The notes under the pieces were generated by a model. The model saw nothing but the letters and a program-made list of their open reading frames with translations. It was not told where the DNA came from and searched no databases. A stretch of 64,000 nt of DNA from Escherichia phage IrisVonRoten: the sequence record MZ501075. One strand, written 5' to 3'. The position numbers and the translations under genes are program-made. Within the stretch, counting starts at the first letter, position 1; every line of letters starts with the position of its first letter. Shown here one piece after another: positions 1 through 10,063 of the stretch.

Positions 1-483
1 ATGGCAAATGATGTATTAGTACCAGATCTTATGTCCCCTGAAGGGATGGATGTGATTGAAGCTTATTTACAGTGTGGTAGCGATGTGCCTTCTGCCGCAC
101 GTAGTCTTGGAATGTCCGAAATTGCTTTCCGAGATATTATGAATCGTAGTGAAGTTAAGAACTACTTAAATGATATTTTTATGGAAAGTGGATTCCGTAA
201 TAGGGATCGTTTGTTCGGTGTTCTAGATGAAGTTATTAAGCGTAAGCTGGAGGAACTAGAAGAAACCGGCATGGGTTCTGATCAAGATATTATGGATATT
301 CTCTGGAAAGCACATAAAATGAAAATGGAAGAAATGAAAATGATGGTGGAGTTAGAAAAAGCTAAAGCTGCTGTCCGTGCTCCTGCTAATCAGACTAATA
401 TCCAGAATAATATTATTGCTGGAGCTGGGGATCAAAACTACATGGACTTAATTACTTCCCTAGCTACTGGAGGTAAGAAGTAA
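1..483 (+). CDS. putative terminase small subunit (may be 5'-truncated at window edge)
   Basis: 160-aa ORF overlapping the large terminase start (TAATG); HTH-like segment [18 protein letters not shown]; position directly upstream of terL. Confidence 0.4.
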   Translation: MANDVLVPDLMSPEGMDVIEAYLQCGSDVPSAARSLGMSEIAFRDIMNRSEVKNYLNDIFMESGFRNRDRLFGVLDEVIKRKLEELEETGMGSDQDIMDILWKAHKMKMEEMKMMVELEKAKAAVRAPANQTNIQNNIIAGAGDQNYMDLITSLATGGKK

Positions 484-1799
484 TGGAAGTATCAAGACCC
501 TATGTTAATACAGTAGATGTTATAGATTTCGGTATAGATAAACGTTTCTTTCGTCTACCTGTTTCTGGAATACTGGCGCAAGAAGGTATTACACCTAATG
601 GTCCTCAAATAGCAATTATCAATGCGCTAGAAGATCCTAGACATCGTTTTGTAACGGCATGTGTATCACGCCGTGTAGGTAAATCTTTCATCGCATACAC
701 ACTTGGGTTCCTAAAGTTGCTGGAACCTAACGTGAAGGTGCTAGTAGTTGCTCCTAATTACTCACTGGCCAACATCGGTTGGTCTCAGATTCGTGGCCTT
801 ATTAAAAAGTACGGCCTACAGACCGAACGTGAGAACGCTAAAGATAAAGAGATTGAGTTAGCTAATGGTTCTCTATTTAAACTAGCTTCCGCGGCTCAGG
901 CTGACTCCGCGGTTGGACGTTCATATGATTTTATCATCTTTGACGAGGCGGCAATTTCCGATGTGGGTGGTGATGCCTTTAGAGTTCAGCTGCGTCCTAC
1001 TCTAGATAAGCCTAATTCTAAGGCTTTATTTATCTCTACTCCTCGTGGTGGTAACTGGTTTAAAGAGTTTTATGCCTATGGATTTGATGATACGTTGCCT
1101 AACTGGGTATCTATTCATGGTACATATCGTGATAACCCACGTGCTGATCTGAATGACATTGAGGAAGCACGTCGTACAGTTAGTAAAAACTACTTCCGCC
1201 AGGAATACGAGGCTGACTTCTCTGTATTCGAAGGCCAGATCTTTGATACCTTTAATGCTATCGATCATGTTAAAGACCTCAAAGGTATGCGTCACTTCTT
1301 TAAAGATGATGAAGCATTCGAAACGTTGCTTGGTATTGACGTTGGTTATCGTGATCCTACAGCAGTTCTTACTATTAAATATCATTACGACACTGATACT
1401 TACTATGTATTAGAAGAGTACCAGCAGGCGGAAAAAACTACAGCTCAGCATGCTGCTTATATTCAGCATTGTATAGATCGTTATAAAGTTGATCGTATTT
1501 TTGTTGACTCCGCGGCAGCTCAGTTCCGTCAAGACTTAGCTTATGAGCATGAAATTGCATCAGCTCCAGCTAAAAAATCTGTCCTAGATGGCCTAGCATG
1601 TTTGCAAGCGTTATTTCAGCAGGGCAAGATTATTGTAGATGCCTCATGTTCCTCCTTAATTCATGCATTGCAGAATTATAAGTGGGACTTCCAGGAAGGT
1701 GAAGAAAAATTATCACGTGAAAAACCACGTCATGATGCTAACTCTCACCTTTGTGATGCGCTCCGCTATGGAATTTACTCTATTTCCCGTGGTAAATAA
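483..1799 (+). CDS. terL: terminase large subunit
   Basis: 438 aa; P-loop-like RRVGKSF and Walker-B-like DFIIFDEAA; same size as T5 TerL as recalled; followed by hairpin. Confidence 0.8.
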   Translation: MEVSRPYVNTVDVIDFGIDKRFFRLPVSGILAQEGITPNGPQIAIINALEDPRHRFVTACVSRRVGKSFIAYTLGFLKLLEPNVKVLVVAPNYSLANIGWSQIRGLIKKYGLQTERENAKDKEIELANGSLFKLASAAQADSAVGRSYDFIIFDEAAISDVGGDAFRVQLRPTLDKPNSKALFISTPRGGNWFKEFYAYGFDDTLPNWVSIHGTYRDNPRADLNDIEEARRTVSKNYFRQEYEADFSVFEGQIFDTFNAIDHVKDLKGMRHFFKDDEAFETLLGIDVGYRDPTAVLTIKYHYDTDTYYVLEEYQQAEKTTAQHAAYIQHCIDRYKVDRIFVDSAAAQFRQDLAYEHEIASAPAKKSVLDGLACLQALFQQGKIIVDASCSSLIHALQNYKWDFQEGEEKLSREKPRHDANSHLCDALRYGIYSISRGK

Positions 1800-1807
1800 A
1801 TAAGTAT

Positions 1808-1848
1808 AGGATGGGATACTACTCAGTTGGTATCCCATTCCTGTATTT
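1808..1848 (+). terminator. putative hairpin terminator after terL
   Basis: imperfect inverted repeat ATGGGATAC/GTATCCCAT with 10-nt loop followed by T-rich run. Confidence 0.35.
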
Positions 1849-1858
1849 TAAAATCCCC

Positions 1859-1887
1859 TTTACAAATTCGATACGATTATGTATACT
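1859..1887 (+). promoter_or_regulatory. sigma70-like promoter for endonuclease cassette
   Basis: TTTACA-N17-TATACT, followed by RBS TAGGAGA 7 nt before ATG at 1971. Confidence 0.45.
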
Positions 1888-1970
1888 ATATTCATTGATC
1901 GGGAGAACTTCTCCCATAATAGAACGTAAACAAGAAAAATTAATGCTCTACATGAGGTGTAGGAGATTCT

Positions 1971-2645
1971 ATGGGTCGACAAAAGCTAACAATAAAAGAT
2001 ATAAATATTAGATTAGCTGATCGTGGAATCCAAATTGTCGGTGAATATGTAAACCAACGTACAAAAACAGTATTTAAGTGCCAGAGAGCACACGTTTGGG
2101 AAGCAACACCACATTCTATACTCCATATGAGGAGAGGTTGTCCGCACTGCTCCAATAATACAATATCGTTAGATGAAGTTAGTAACAGAATATCTAATAT
2201 AGGGTATACTCTGTTAAGCAGCTATACTAATGCTAAAACAAAACTACATCTACGCTGCAATAATGGGCATGACTGTTTCATTACCTTAGATGGATTGACT
2301 CAAGGTAAAAGATGTCCTTATTGTTCTCTTAAGTGGGAGAATGGCGGATTCCTCTATATCATGTCCTCCTCTAGTGGTACTAAAGTAGGCATAAGCTTAT
2401 ACCCTGAGAAACGGCTGAATGAAGTTAAAAGAGAATCTGGATTTTCTGACCTATACTTGTTCACCATGTATCATCTGCCAGATAGAGAGACTGCTTTAGA
2501 TTTAGAAAAGGAAGTTCACAGAGAATATTATAATAAAAACTGTGGGTTTTCTAATTTTACGGGAAGCACAGAATTTTTTAATGTTGCTCCTGAGGACATA
2601 GTAATCTTTCTAAGTAGCTTTGGATTGGAGGAGTATGGCCACTAA
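1971..2645 (+). CDS. putative homing endonuclease, T5orf172/GIY-YIG-like catalytic domain with two N-terminal Cys-rich modules
   Basis: 224 aa; two repeated modules ending CPHCS / CPYCS; C-terminal GFLYIM..KVGIS..EKRLNE..TEFF resembles T5orf172-type GIY-YIG-like domain; own promoter and RBS. Confidence 0.5.
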   Translation: MGRQKLTIKDINIRLADRGIQIVGEYVNQRTKTVFKCQRAHVWEATPHSILHMRRGCPHCSNNTISLDEVSNRISNIGYTLLSSYTNAKTKLHLRCNNGHDCFITLDGLTQGKRCPYCSLKWENGGFLYIMSSSSGTKVGISLYPEKRLNEVKRESGFSDLYLFTMYHLPDRETALDLEKEVHREYYNKNCGFSNFTGSTEFFNVAPEDIVIFLSSFGLEEYGH

Positions 2646-3072
2646 TACTAAGTACAAACGTGATGCCATTTCCATAATGAGGGATGGTATAAAATCTAGG
2701 TATAGTAAGGATGGTTGCTGTGCTATATGTGGTAGTAGTGAAGACCTAGAACTTCATCATTATCATACTATATCTCAGCTAATAAAAAAATTTGCTAAAG
2801 AACTCCAGCTGGATTTCACTGATGAGAATATCGTCCTTTCAAATAGGGAAGCATTCTACAAGAAATATGAGCATGAGTTAGTTAGGGACGTGGTAACATT
2901 GTGCCAGCACCATCACCAACTATTACATAAGGTTTACACGAAAGAACCTCCCTTATTTTCTGCTAATAAGCAAAAAGCGTGGGTTCAAAAGCAGAAAGAC
3001 AAAATACAGAATCCTCAAGAAAAGACACAAGTCAAGACTGAAACAAAATCAGGATTCGCAAGGTTCTTATAA
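2635..3072 (+). CDS. HNH homing endonuclease
   Basis: CCAICGSSEDLELHHYH ... LCQHHHQLLH (HNH-type motifs); strong RBS GGAGGAG before ATG at 2635 (track ORF begins at upstream TTG 2620). Confidence 0.6.
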   Translation: MATNTKYKRDAISIMRDGIKSRYSKDGCCAICGSSEDLELHHYHTISQLIKKFAKELQLDFTDENIVLSNREAFYKKYEHELVRDVVTLCQHHHQLLHKVYTKEPPLFSANKQKAWVQKQKDKIQNPQEKTQVKTETKSGFARFL

Positions 3073-4289
3073 TGGGTTTTAAAAGCTGGATTACTGAAAA
3101 GCTAAATCCGGGTCAACGTATTATAAGAGACATGGAACCAGTTAGTCATCGCACTAACCGTAAGCCTTTTACCACTGGACAAGCCTATAGCAAGATTGAG
3201 ATTCTCAATCGAACTGCCAATATGGTTATAGATAGTGCGGCGGAGTGTTCTTATACTGTCGGAGATAAATATAATATTGTTACGTACGCTAATGGCGTCA
3301 AAACAAAGACTCTAGACACTCTCTTAAATGTACGACCTAATCCATTCATGGATATAAGCACATTCCGTAGACTTGTAGTCACTGACCTACTTTTTGAAGG
3401 TTGTGCATACATCTATTGGGATGGCACATCGCTTTACCATGTCCCGGCTGCTCTTATGCAGGTCGAGGCAGATGCCAATAAGTTTATCAAAAAATTTATA
3501 TTTAATAATCAGATAAACTATCGCGTAGATGAGATTATCTTTATAAAGGATAACAGTTACGTGTGTGGCACAAATTCTCAAATTTCTGGACAATCTCGTG
3601 TTGCTACTGTTATTGACTCTCTTGAAAAGCGTTCTAAAATGCTTAACTTTAAAGAGAAATTCCTAGATAACGGAACCGTGATTGGTCTTATTCTTGAGAC
3701 GGATGAAATCCTGAACAAGAAATTGCGTGAGCGTAAACAAGAAGAATTACAACTCGATTATAATCCTAGTACTGGTCAGTCTTCTGTCCTGATTCTAGAT
3801 GGTGGTATGAAAGCTAAACCGTACTCCCAAATATCCTCTTTTAAAGATCTAGACTTTAAGGAAGACATCGAAGGATTTAATAAATCTATTTGTCTAGCCT
3901 TTGGAGTTCCGCAAGTACTGCTTGATGGTGGTAATAATGCGAATATTCGACCAAACATCGAATTGTTCTATTATATGACTATCATTCCTATGCTGAACAA
4001 ACTGACTAGTTCTCTTACTTTCTTTTTTGGTTATAAGATTACTCCTAATACTAAGGAAGTAGCTGCATTAACACCAGATAAAGAAGCTGAGGCTAAACAT
4101 TTAACCTCATTGGTTAATAATGGTATTATGACTGGTAACGAAGCTCGTTTAGAGCTGAACCTTGAACCTTTAGATGATGAGCAGATGGATAGGATTCGTA
4201 TTCCTGCTAACGTTGCTGGTTCTGCAACAGGTGTATCTGGTCAAGAAGGTGGTAGACCTCAAGGTTCCACCGAGGGAGATAAAGAATGA
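3072..4289 (+). CDS. portal protein
   Basis: 405 aa; position between terminase and head genes; size matches T5 portal as recalled; start overlaps upstream stop (TAATG). Confidence 0.8.
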   Translation: MGFKSWITEKLNPGQRIIRDMEPVSHRTNRKPFTTGQAYSKIEILNRTANMVIDSAAECSYTVGDKYNIVTYANGVKTKTLDTLLNVRPNPFMDISTFRRLVVTDLLFEGCAYIYWDGTSLYHVPAALMQVEADANKFIKKFIFNNQINYRVDEIIFIKDNSYVCGTNSQISGQSRVATVIDSLEKRSKMLNFKEKFLDNGTVIGLILETDEILNKKLRERKQEELQLDYNPSTGQSSVLILDGGMKAKPYSQISSFKDLDFKEDIEGFNKSICLAFGVPQVLLDGGNNANIRPNIELFYYMTIIPMLNKLTSSLTFFFGYKITPNTKEVAALTPDKEAEAKHLTSLVNNGIMTGNEARLELNLEPLDDEQMDRIRIPANVAGSATGVSGQEGGRPQGSTEGDKE

Positions 4290-4780
4290 TTGATTATAAT
4301 GGTCTAAAGACCATTTTTGGTGAAAAACTGCCAGAATCTCATATCTTCTTTGCTACGGTTGCTGCGCATAAATATGTTCCTAGCTATGCTTTTCTGCGTA
4401 GAGAATTAGGACTTTCATCTGCGCATACTAACCGTAAAGTATGGAAGAAATTTGTAGAGGCCTATGGTAAAGCAGTTCCTCCTGCTCCACCGGCTCCACC
4501 ATTAACTCTTTCTAGAGATTTAACTGCTAGCATGTCAGTTGAAGAGGGAGCAGCATTAACACTTTCTGTTACTGCAACTGGTGGTACTGGTCCATATACT
4601 TATGCATGGACTAAAGATGGTTCTCCTATTCCTGGTGCTTCAGGAGCTACCTATACTAAGCCTGCAGCAGCTACGGAGGATGCCGGCTCTTATAAAGTAA
4701 CTGTAACAGATAGTAAGCAAGTAAGTAAGGATTCTACTGCATGTGCTGTGACAGTTAATCCTACTGTTCCTGGAGGCTAA
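4286..4780 (+). CDS. head decoration protein (pb10-like) with C-terminal Ig-like domain
   Basis: 164 aa; PPAPPAPP linker then Ig-like segment TYAWTKDGSPIPGASGATYT..YKVTVTD; ATGA start/stop coupling with portal gene. Confidence 0.6.
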   Translation: MIDYNGLKTIFGEKLPESHIFFATVAAHKYVPSYAFLRRELGLSSAHTNRKVWKKFVEAYGKAVPPAPPAPPLTLSRDLTASMSVEEGAALTLSVTATGGTGPYTYAWTKDGSPIPGASGATYTKPAAATEDAGSYKVTVTDSKQVSKDSTACAVTVNPTVPGG

Positions 4781-4783
4781 TAA

Positions 4784-5416
4784 ATGACACAAGCTGCTAT
4801 TGACTATAACAAGTTAAAATCAGCACCCGTTCATTTAGATGCTTATATTAAATCTATTGATAGCGAATCCAAAGAGGGCGTTGTAAAAATCCGTGGATTC
4901 GCTAATACAATTAGTAAAGATCGCGCTGGTGATGTAATTCCTGCTTCTGCGTGGAAAACATCTAATGCACTTGCTAACTATATGAAAAACCCGATTATTC
5001 TTTTCGGACACGATCATCGTCGTCCAATCGGTAAGTGTATTGATCTTAACCCTACTGAAATGGGTCTCGAAATAGAATGCGAGATCTATGAAAGTTCTGA
5101 CCCGGCTATCTTTTCACTAATTAAAAACGGTGTACTGAAAACTTTTAGTATCGGATTCCGCTGCCTAGATGCAGAGTGGGATGAAGCTACTGATATATTT
5201 ATTATTAAAGATTTAGAACTATACGAAGTTTCGGTAGTTTCTGTACCTTGTAATCAGGACTCAACGTTCAATCTCGCTAAGAGCATGAATGGTCATGATT
5301 ATACTGAATGGCGTAAATCTTTTACTGCAATAAGTTCTAAAGCTGTCCCAGCTCAAGAACGTAATCTTTCTGAACTAGAAAAACTTGCGATAGCTTTAGG
5401 CTACGTTAAAGAATAA
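4784..5416 (+). CDS. prohead maturation protease
   Basis: 210 aa, immediately upstream of major capsid gene; same size as T5 pb11 as recalled. Confidence 0.7.
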   Translation: MTQAAIDYNKLKSAPVHLDAYIKSIDSESKEGVVKIRGFANTISKDRAGDVIPASAWKTSNALANYMKNPIILFGHDHRRPIGKCIDLNPTEMGLEIECEIYESSDPAIFSLIKNGVLKTFSIGFRCLDAEWDEATDIFIIKDLELYEVSVVSVPCNQDSTFNLAKSMNGHDYTEWRKSFTAISSKAVPAQERNLSELEKLAIALGYVKE

Positions 5417-5433
5417 CGGAGAATTATTTAAAA

Positions 5434-6807
5434 ATGACTATTGATATTAATAAGCTGAAAGAAGAACTTGGTCTGGGTGATCTGGCTAAATCTCTGGAAG
5501 GTCTGACCGCTGCTCAGAAAGCTCAGGAAGCTGAACGTATGCGTAAAGAGCAGGAAGAAAAAGAACTGGCTCGTATGAATGACCTGGTTTCTAAAGCAGT
5601 TGGCGAAGATCGTAAGCGTCTGGAAGAGGCTCTGGATCTGGTTAAGTCTCTGGATGAGAAATCTAAGAAGAGCGCAGAACTGTTTGCACAAACTGTAGAA
5701 AAACAACAGGAAACTATTGTTGGTCTTCAGGATGAAATTAAATCTCTGCTGACAGCTCGTGAAGGTCGCTCCTTCGTCGGTGATAGCGTAGCTAAAGCAC
5801 TGTACGGTACTCAAGAAAACTTTGAAGATGAAGTTGAAAAACTAGTTCTGTTATCTTATGTAATGGAAAAGGGTGTATTCGAGACCGAACATGGTCAGAG
5901 ACACCTGAAAGCAGTGAATCAGTCCTCTTCTGTAGAAGTTTCTAGTGAAAGCTATGAAACTATTTTCTCCCAGCGTATTATCCGTGACCTGCAGAAAGAG
6001 CTGGTAGTTGGCGCACTGTTCGAAGAACTGCCGATGTCTAGTAAAATTCTTACTATGTTGGTTGAGCCAGACGCTGGTAAAGCTACTTGGGTTGCTGCTT
6101 CTACTTATGGTACTGATGCAACTACTGGTGATGAAGTTAAAGGTGCTCTTAAAGAAATCCACTTCAGTACTTACAAACTGGCTGCTAAGTCCTTCATTAC
6201 TGATGAAACTGAAGAAGATGCAATCTTCTCTCTGCTGCCTCTGCTGCGTAAGCGCCTGATTGAAGCACACGCTGTTTCTATCGAAGAAGCGTTTATGACT
6301 GGTGATGGTTCTGGTAAGCCGAAAGGCCTGTTGACTCTTGCTAGCGAAGATGGTGCTAAAGTTGCTACTGAAGCTAAAGCTGATGGTACTGTTCTGGTAA
6401 CTGCTAAAACTATCTCTAAACTGCGTCGTAAACTGGGTCGTCATGGTCTGAAACTGAGCAAACTGGTACTTATCGTATCTATGGATGCTTACTATGATCT
6501 TCTGGAAGATGAAGAATGGCAGGATGTTGCACAGGTTGGTAACGATGCTGTTAAACTGCAAGGTCAGGTTGGTCGTATTTACGGTCTGCCGGTTGTAGTT
6601 TCTGAGTACTTCCCAGCTAAAGCTGCTTCCGCAGAGTTCGCAGTTATTGTTTATAAAGATAACTTCGTAATGCCGCGTCAGCGTGCTGTTACTGTTGAGC
6701 GTGAGCGCCAAGCTGGTAAACAGCGTGACGCATACTACGTTACCCAGCGTGTTAACCTGCAACGTTACTTTGCAAATGGCGTTGTATCTGGTACTTACGC
6801 TGCTTAA
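5434..6807 (+). CDS. major capsid protein precursor (HK97-fold, with N-terminal scaffolding delta domain)
   Basis: 457 aa; N-terminal ~150 aa coiled-coil-rich (delta domain-like); strongly biased optimal codons (CTG, CGT, GGT); strong hairpin terminator downstream. Confidence 0.9.
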   Translation: MTIDINKLKEELGLGDLAKSLEGLTAAQKAQEAERMRKEQEEKELARMNDLVSKAVGEDRKRLEEALDLVKSLDEKSKKSAELFAQTVEKQQETIVGLQDEIKSLLTAREGRSFVGDSVAKALYGTQENFEDEVEKLVLLSYVMEKGVFETEHGQRHLKAVNQSSSVEVSSESYETIFSQRIIRDLQKELVVGALFEELPMSSKILTMLVEPDAGKATWVAASTYGTDATTGDEVKGALKEIHFSTYKLAAKSFITDETEEDAIFSLLPLLRKRLIEAHAVSIEEAFMTGDGSGKPKGLLTLASEDGAKVATEAKADGTVLVTAKTISKLRRKLGRHGLKLSKLVLIVSMDAYYDLLEDEEWQDVAQVGNDAVKLQGQVGRIYGLPVVVSEYFPAKAASAEFAVIVYKDNFVMPRQRAVTVERERQAGKQRDAYYVTQRVNLQRYFANGVVSGTYAA

Positions 6808-6828
6808 TACAGGCTTTTCAGCCGATAA

Positions 6829-6852
6829 GGAGAGCTTCGGCTCTCCTTTTTT
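6829..6852 (+). terminator. rho-independent terminator after major capsid gene
   Basis: GGAGAGC-TTCG-GCTCTCC stem-loop followed by TTTTTT. Confidence 0.75.
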
Positions 6853-6866
6853 ATTGGGAAAAATAA

Positions 6867-7379
6867 ATGCAAATCATCACAGCTGAAGATTATAGATTAT
6901 ACGGTGGTTTAAAACGACCTGAATTAGAATCTGGAGTAGAGATGATGATTACTGCTGCCAATGCGCTGATTACTAGCCTTTTAGGTATGGATGATGCTGA
7001 TGCGGTAGACCAGTTAATCAATACAAAACCTACTCGTAAAAAATACTTTTTAAGTTCTCCCTCGGCTACTTCAGTAACCAAAATAACTATTAACGACAAG
7101 GAGATAGACCCCGAGCAATATAGGCTGTACTCTGATGGGGTTATACTTCTTAAATTTAATCCTCCAGAAGGTTATATGGATGTAGCATATACACAAGGTG
7201 GATTTAATCCAATACCTGAGGATCTCAAACTTGCAGCATGTATGCTAGTAGATCATTGGCACAAACAGGATTATCGCCAAGCTAAAACAATTGGTGGAGA
7301 AACAGTTACTTTTAATAATACTAAGTCTGGTATTCCAGAGCATATTCGTACTATTATTGAAGTTTACAGGAGAGTATAA
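6867..7379 (+). CDS. head completion / connector protein (T5 p144-like)
   Basis: 170 aa; position after capsid gene; size and order match T5 late region as recalled. Confidence 0.4.
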   Translation: MQIITAEDYRLYGGLKRPELESGVEMMITAANALITSLLGMDDADAVDQLINTKPTRKKYFLSSPSATSVTKITINDKEIDPEQYRLYSDGVILLKFNPPEGYMDVAYTQGGFNPIPEDLKLAACMLVDHWHKQDYRQAKTIGGETVTFNNTKSGIPEHIRTIIEVYRRV

Positions 7380-8146
7380 TGTCTCTTTCTGATTTAGCTA
7401 CACAAATTATTAAGGAGCAGCTAGATAATGTTGGACGTTCCGAGAACAATAAGAATACTGTTGTATACTCTGTTGAAACAGGACTGAAAGATCCTACTAG
7501 AGATGGTACTGTTGCTCAGGTATCTTTTAAATTCTCAAAACCTGTATCCCAAGACCTCCTTAATGTTAGGACCGCTTCTATTCTAAAAGCAGTTTCTTCT
7601 AGCTTAGATCTAACAGGAGATTTAGGTGCTCTAGAGAATTTAATACAAGCAACCGCCGGTAAAAAATCTGCTGTAGGTAAAAAACGTTCTACTGGTAGAG
7701 TTCAAGTAAACTTTGGGGATCCTAGAGACGTAGAAGATGGATATTCTGGTGCAGTAACAGGTGCTTCTGGTCGTTTTGTATCAAATAGTAATATGAAGGT
7801 TATTCTGGAGTTGGTTGCTAAAGAATACTTAATAAAGGATATGAAAAAAGCAGGAGCTCCACTTAAATTTAGAACAGGTCGTTTTGCAAATTCTCTAAAA
7901 ATTAAAGATGTTATGCTTAGAGATGCTGGAACTAGCAAAGGTGCTCCTGAATTAAATGTTACATATAATTATATGGTACGTCCATATTCAGTATTTAATC
8001 CTGCAGTATCTACATATCGAAGATTGTCATTACGACCCTACCCAGGTGCTAGAAACCCCCAAAGACTAATTGGAGAGGCTATAGCTAAAGCTGCAAGAGA
8101 CTTAATTCACTCCAGATATAAAATTAAGGTTAATCAAGGAACCTAA
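7379..8146 (+). CDS. tail completion protein (T5 p143-like)
   Basis: 255 aa; ATGTCT start overlaps previous stop; synteny. Confidence 0.4.
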   Translation: MSLSDLATQIIKEQLDNVGRSENNKNTVVYSVETGLKDPTRDGTVAQVSFKFSKPVSQDLLNVRTASILKAVSSSLDLTGDLGALENLIQATAGKKSAVGKKRSTGRVQVNFGDPRDVEDGYSGAVTGASGRFVSNSNMKVILELVAKEYLIKDMKKAGAPLKFRTGRFANSLKIKDVMLRDAGTSKGAPELNVTYNYMVRPYSVFNPAVSTYRRLSLRPYPGARNPQRLIGEAIAKAARDLIHSRYKIKVNQGT

Positions 8147-8149
8147 TAA

Positions 8150-8635
8150 ATGGATCACAGAACAAGTATAGCACAAGCTCTGGTTGATCGAATAGCCAAA
8201 CAAATGGATGGCTCTCAACCAGATGAATATTTTAATAACTTGTATGGAAACGTCTCACGTCAAACTTATAAGTTTGAGGAGATACGAGAGTTTCCTTATG
8301 TTGCAGTTCATATCGGAACTGAAACTGGGCAGTATCTTCCCTCAGGTCAACAGTGGATGTTTTTAGAACTTCCTATCCTGGTGTATGATAAAGAGAAAAC
8401 AGACATTCAAGAGCAACTTGAAAAACTCGTAGCGGATATAAAAACCGTTATTGACACAGGTGGAAATTTAGAATATACTGTTAGTAAACCTAATGGATCG
8501 ACCTTCCCATGTGAGGCGACTGATATGAGCATTACATCAGTTAGTACAGATGAGGGTCTACTGGCCCCATATGGTTTAGCAGAAATAAATGTAACAGTGA
8601 GGTATCAGCCTCCACGTAGGTCACTTCGCAGATAA
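8150..8635 (+). CDS. tail terminator protein (T5 p142-like)
   Basis: 161 aa; directly upstream of tail tube gene; synteny and size. Confidence 0.4.
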   Translation: MDHRTSIAQALVDRIAKQMDGSQPDEYFNNLYGNVSRQTYKFEEIREFPYVAVHIGTETGQYLPSGQQWMFLELPILVYDKEKTDIQEQLEKLVADIKTVIDTGGNLEYTVSKPNGSTFPCEATDMSITSVSTDEGLLAPYGLAEINVTVRYQPPRRSLRR

Positions 8636-8661
8636 GTTACAGATTAGGAGAAAATAATTAA

Positions 8662-10059
8662 ATGTCTTTACAACTATTACGTAATACTCGAATCTTCGTG
8701 TCTACGGTTAAGACTGGTCATAATAAGACCAACACGCAAGAGATTCTAGTTCAGGATGATATTTCTTGGGGTCAGGACAGTAACTCAACAGATATTACTG
8801 TTAATGAAGCTGGTCCGCGTCCAACTCGTGGTTCTAAACGTTTTAATGACTCTTTAAACGCGGCTGAGTGGAGTTTCTCTACTTACATCCTGCCCTATAT
8901 CAATAAAGATGATCAGAAGCAAATCGTTCCTGACTATATGTTATGGCATGCACTTTCTAGTGGTAAAGCTATTAACTTAGAAGGTAATACAGGGGCACAC
9001 AATAACGAAGCTAACTTCATGGTTAACTTCAAAGATAACTCCTACCATGAGTTAGCAATGTTACATATTTATATTCTGACTGATAAAGCATGGAGTTATA
9101 TCGATTCCTGTCAGATTAATCAGGCAGAAGTTAACGTTGATATCGAAGATATTGGCCGTGTAACTTGGTCTGGTAATGGTAATCAGCTCATTCCTCTGGA
9201 TGCGCAACCATTTGACCCAGATGAGTTAGGTATTGATGATGAAACTTATATGACTATCCAGGGTTCTTATATTAAGAACAAACTAACGATTTTGAAGATC
9301 AAAGACATGGATACCAATAAGTCTTATGATATTCCTATTACTGGTGGTACTTTCACTATTAATAACAACATCACGTACCTAACCCCGAATATTATGTCTC
9401 GTGTTAATATTCCAATTGGTTCATTTACTGGTGCTTTTGAATTAACTGGTTCATTAACTGCTTATCTGAATGATAAGTCTCTTGGTTCTATGGAGCTGTA
9501 TAAAGATCTTATCAAAACTCTGAAGGTAGTTAACCGCTTCGAAATTGCTCTAGTACTTGGTGGTGAATACGATGAAGAACGTCCTGCGGCTATTCTGGTA
9601 GCTAAACAAGCACACGTTAATACTCCTACTATTGAAACTGATGATGTACTTGGTACTTCAGTAGAGTTTAAAGCTATTCCATCTGATCTGGATGCTGGTG
9701 ACGAAGGTTACTTAGGCTTCTCTAGTAAATATACCAAAACAACTATTAATAACTTGATTGTTAATGGTGATGGTGCTACTAATGCTGTAACTGCAATTAC
9801 TGTTAAATCTGCTGGTGATGCTACTACAGTAAATAACTCGGCTACTCTTCAAATGAGTGTTGAAGTTACTCCTTCTTCCGCAAAGAATAAGGAAGTTACT
9901 TGGGCTATCACTGCCGGTGATGCAGCTACAATTGATCCAGAATCTGGCCTATTAACTGCGGACACCACTAAAACTGGTGAAGTAACTGTAGAAGCTACTG
10001 CTAAAGATGGTTCTGGAGTTAAAGGTACTAAACAGATTACTGTAACAGCAGGTGGCTAA
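8662..10059 (+). CDS. major tail tube protein (pb6-like) with C-terminal Ig-like (Big_2-type) domain
   Basis: 465 aa; C-terminal TWAITAGDAATIDPESGLLTADTTKTGEVTVEATAKDGSG resembles Big_2 Ig-like domain; size as T5 pb6. Confidence 0.75.
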   Translation: MSLQLLRNTRIFVSTVKTGHNKTNTQEILVQDDISWGQDSNSTDITVNEAGPRPTRGSKRFNDSLNAAEWSFSTYILPYINKDDQKQIVPDYMLWHALSSGKAINLEGNTGAHNNEANFMVNFKDNSYHELAMLHIYILTDKAWSYIDSCQINQAEVNVDIEDIGRVTWSGNGNQLIPLDAQPFDPDELGIDDETYMTIQGSYIKNKLTILKIKDMDTNKSYDIPITGGTFTINNNITYLTPNIMSRVNIPIGSFTGAFELTGSLTAYLNDKSLGSMELYKDLIKTLKVVNRFEIALVLGGEYDEERPAAILVAKQAHVNTPTIETDDVLGTSVEFKAIPSDLDAGDEGYLGFSSKYTKTTINNLIVNGDGATNAVTAITVKSAGDATTVNNSATLQMSVEVTPSSAKNKEVTWAITAGDAATIDPESGLLTADTTKTGEVTVEATAKDGSGVKGTKQITVTAGG

Positions 10060-10063
10060 TTAA

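Noticed and set aside
5851-6762. 303-aa minus-strand ORF antisense to the major capsid gene (also 6008-6259 and 5428-5814)
   Set aside because: Completely embedded antisense or out-of-frame in a highly expressed, codon-biased gene; the translation is Cys/Phe/Ser-rich nonsense with no RBS.
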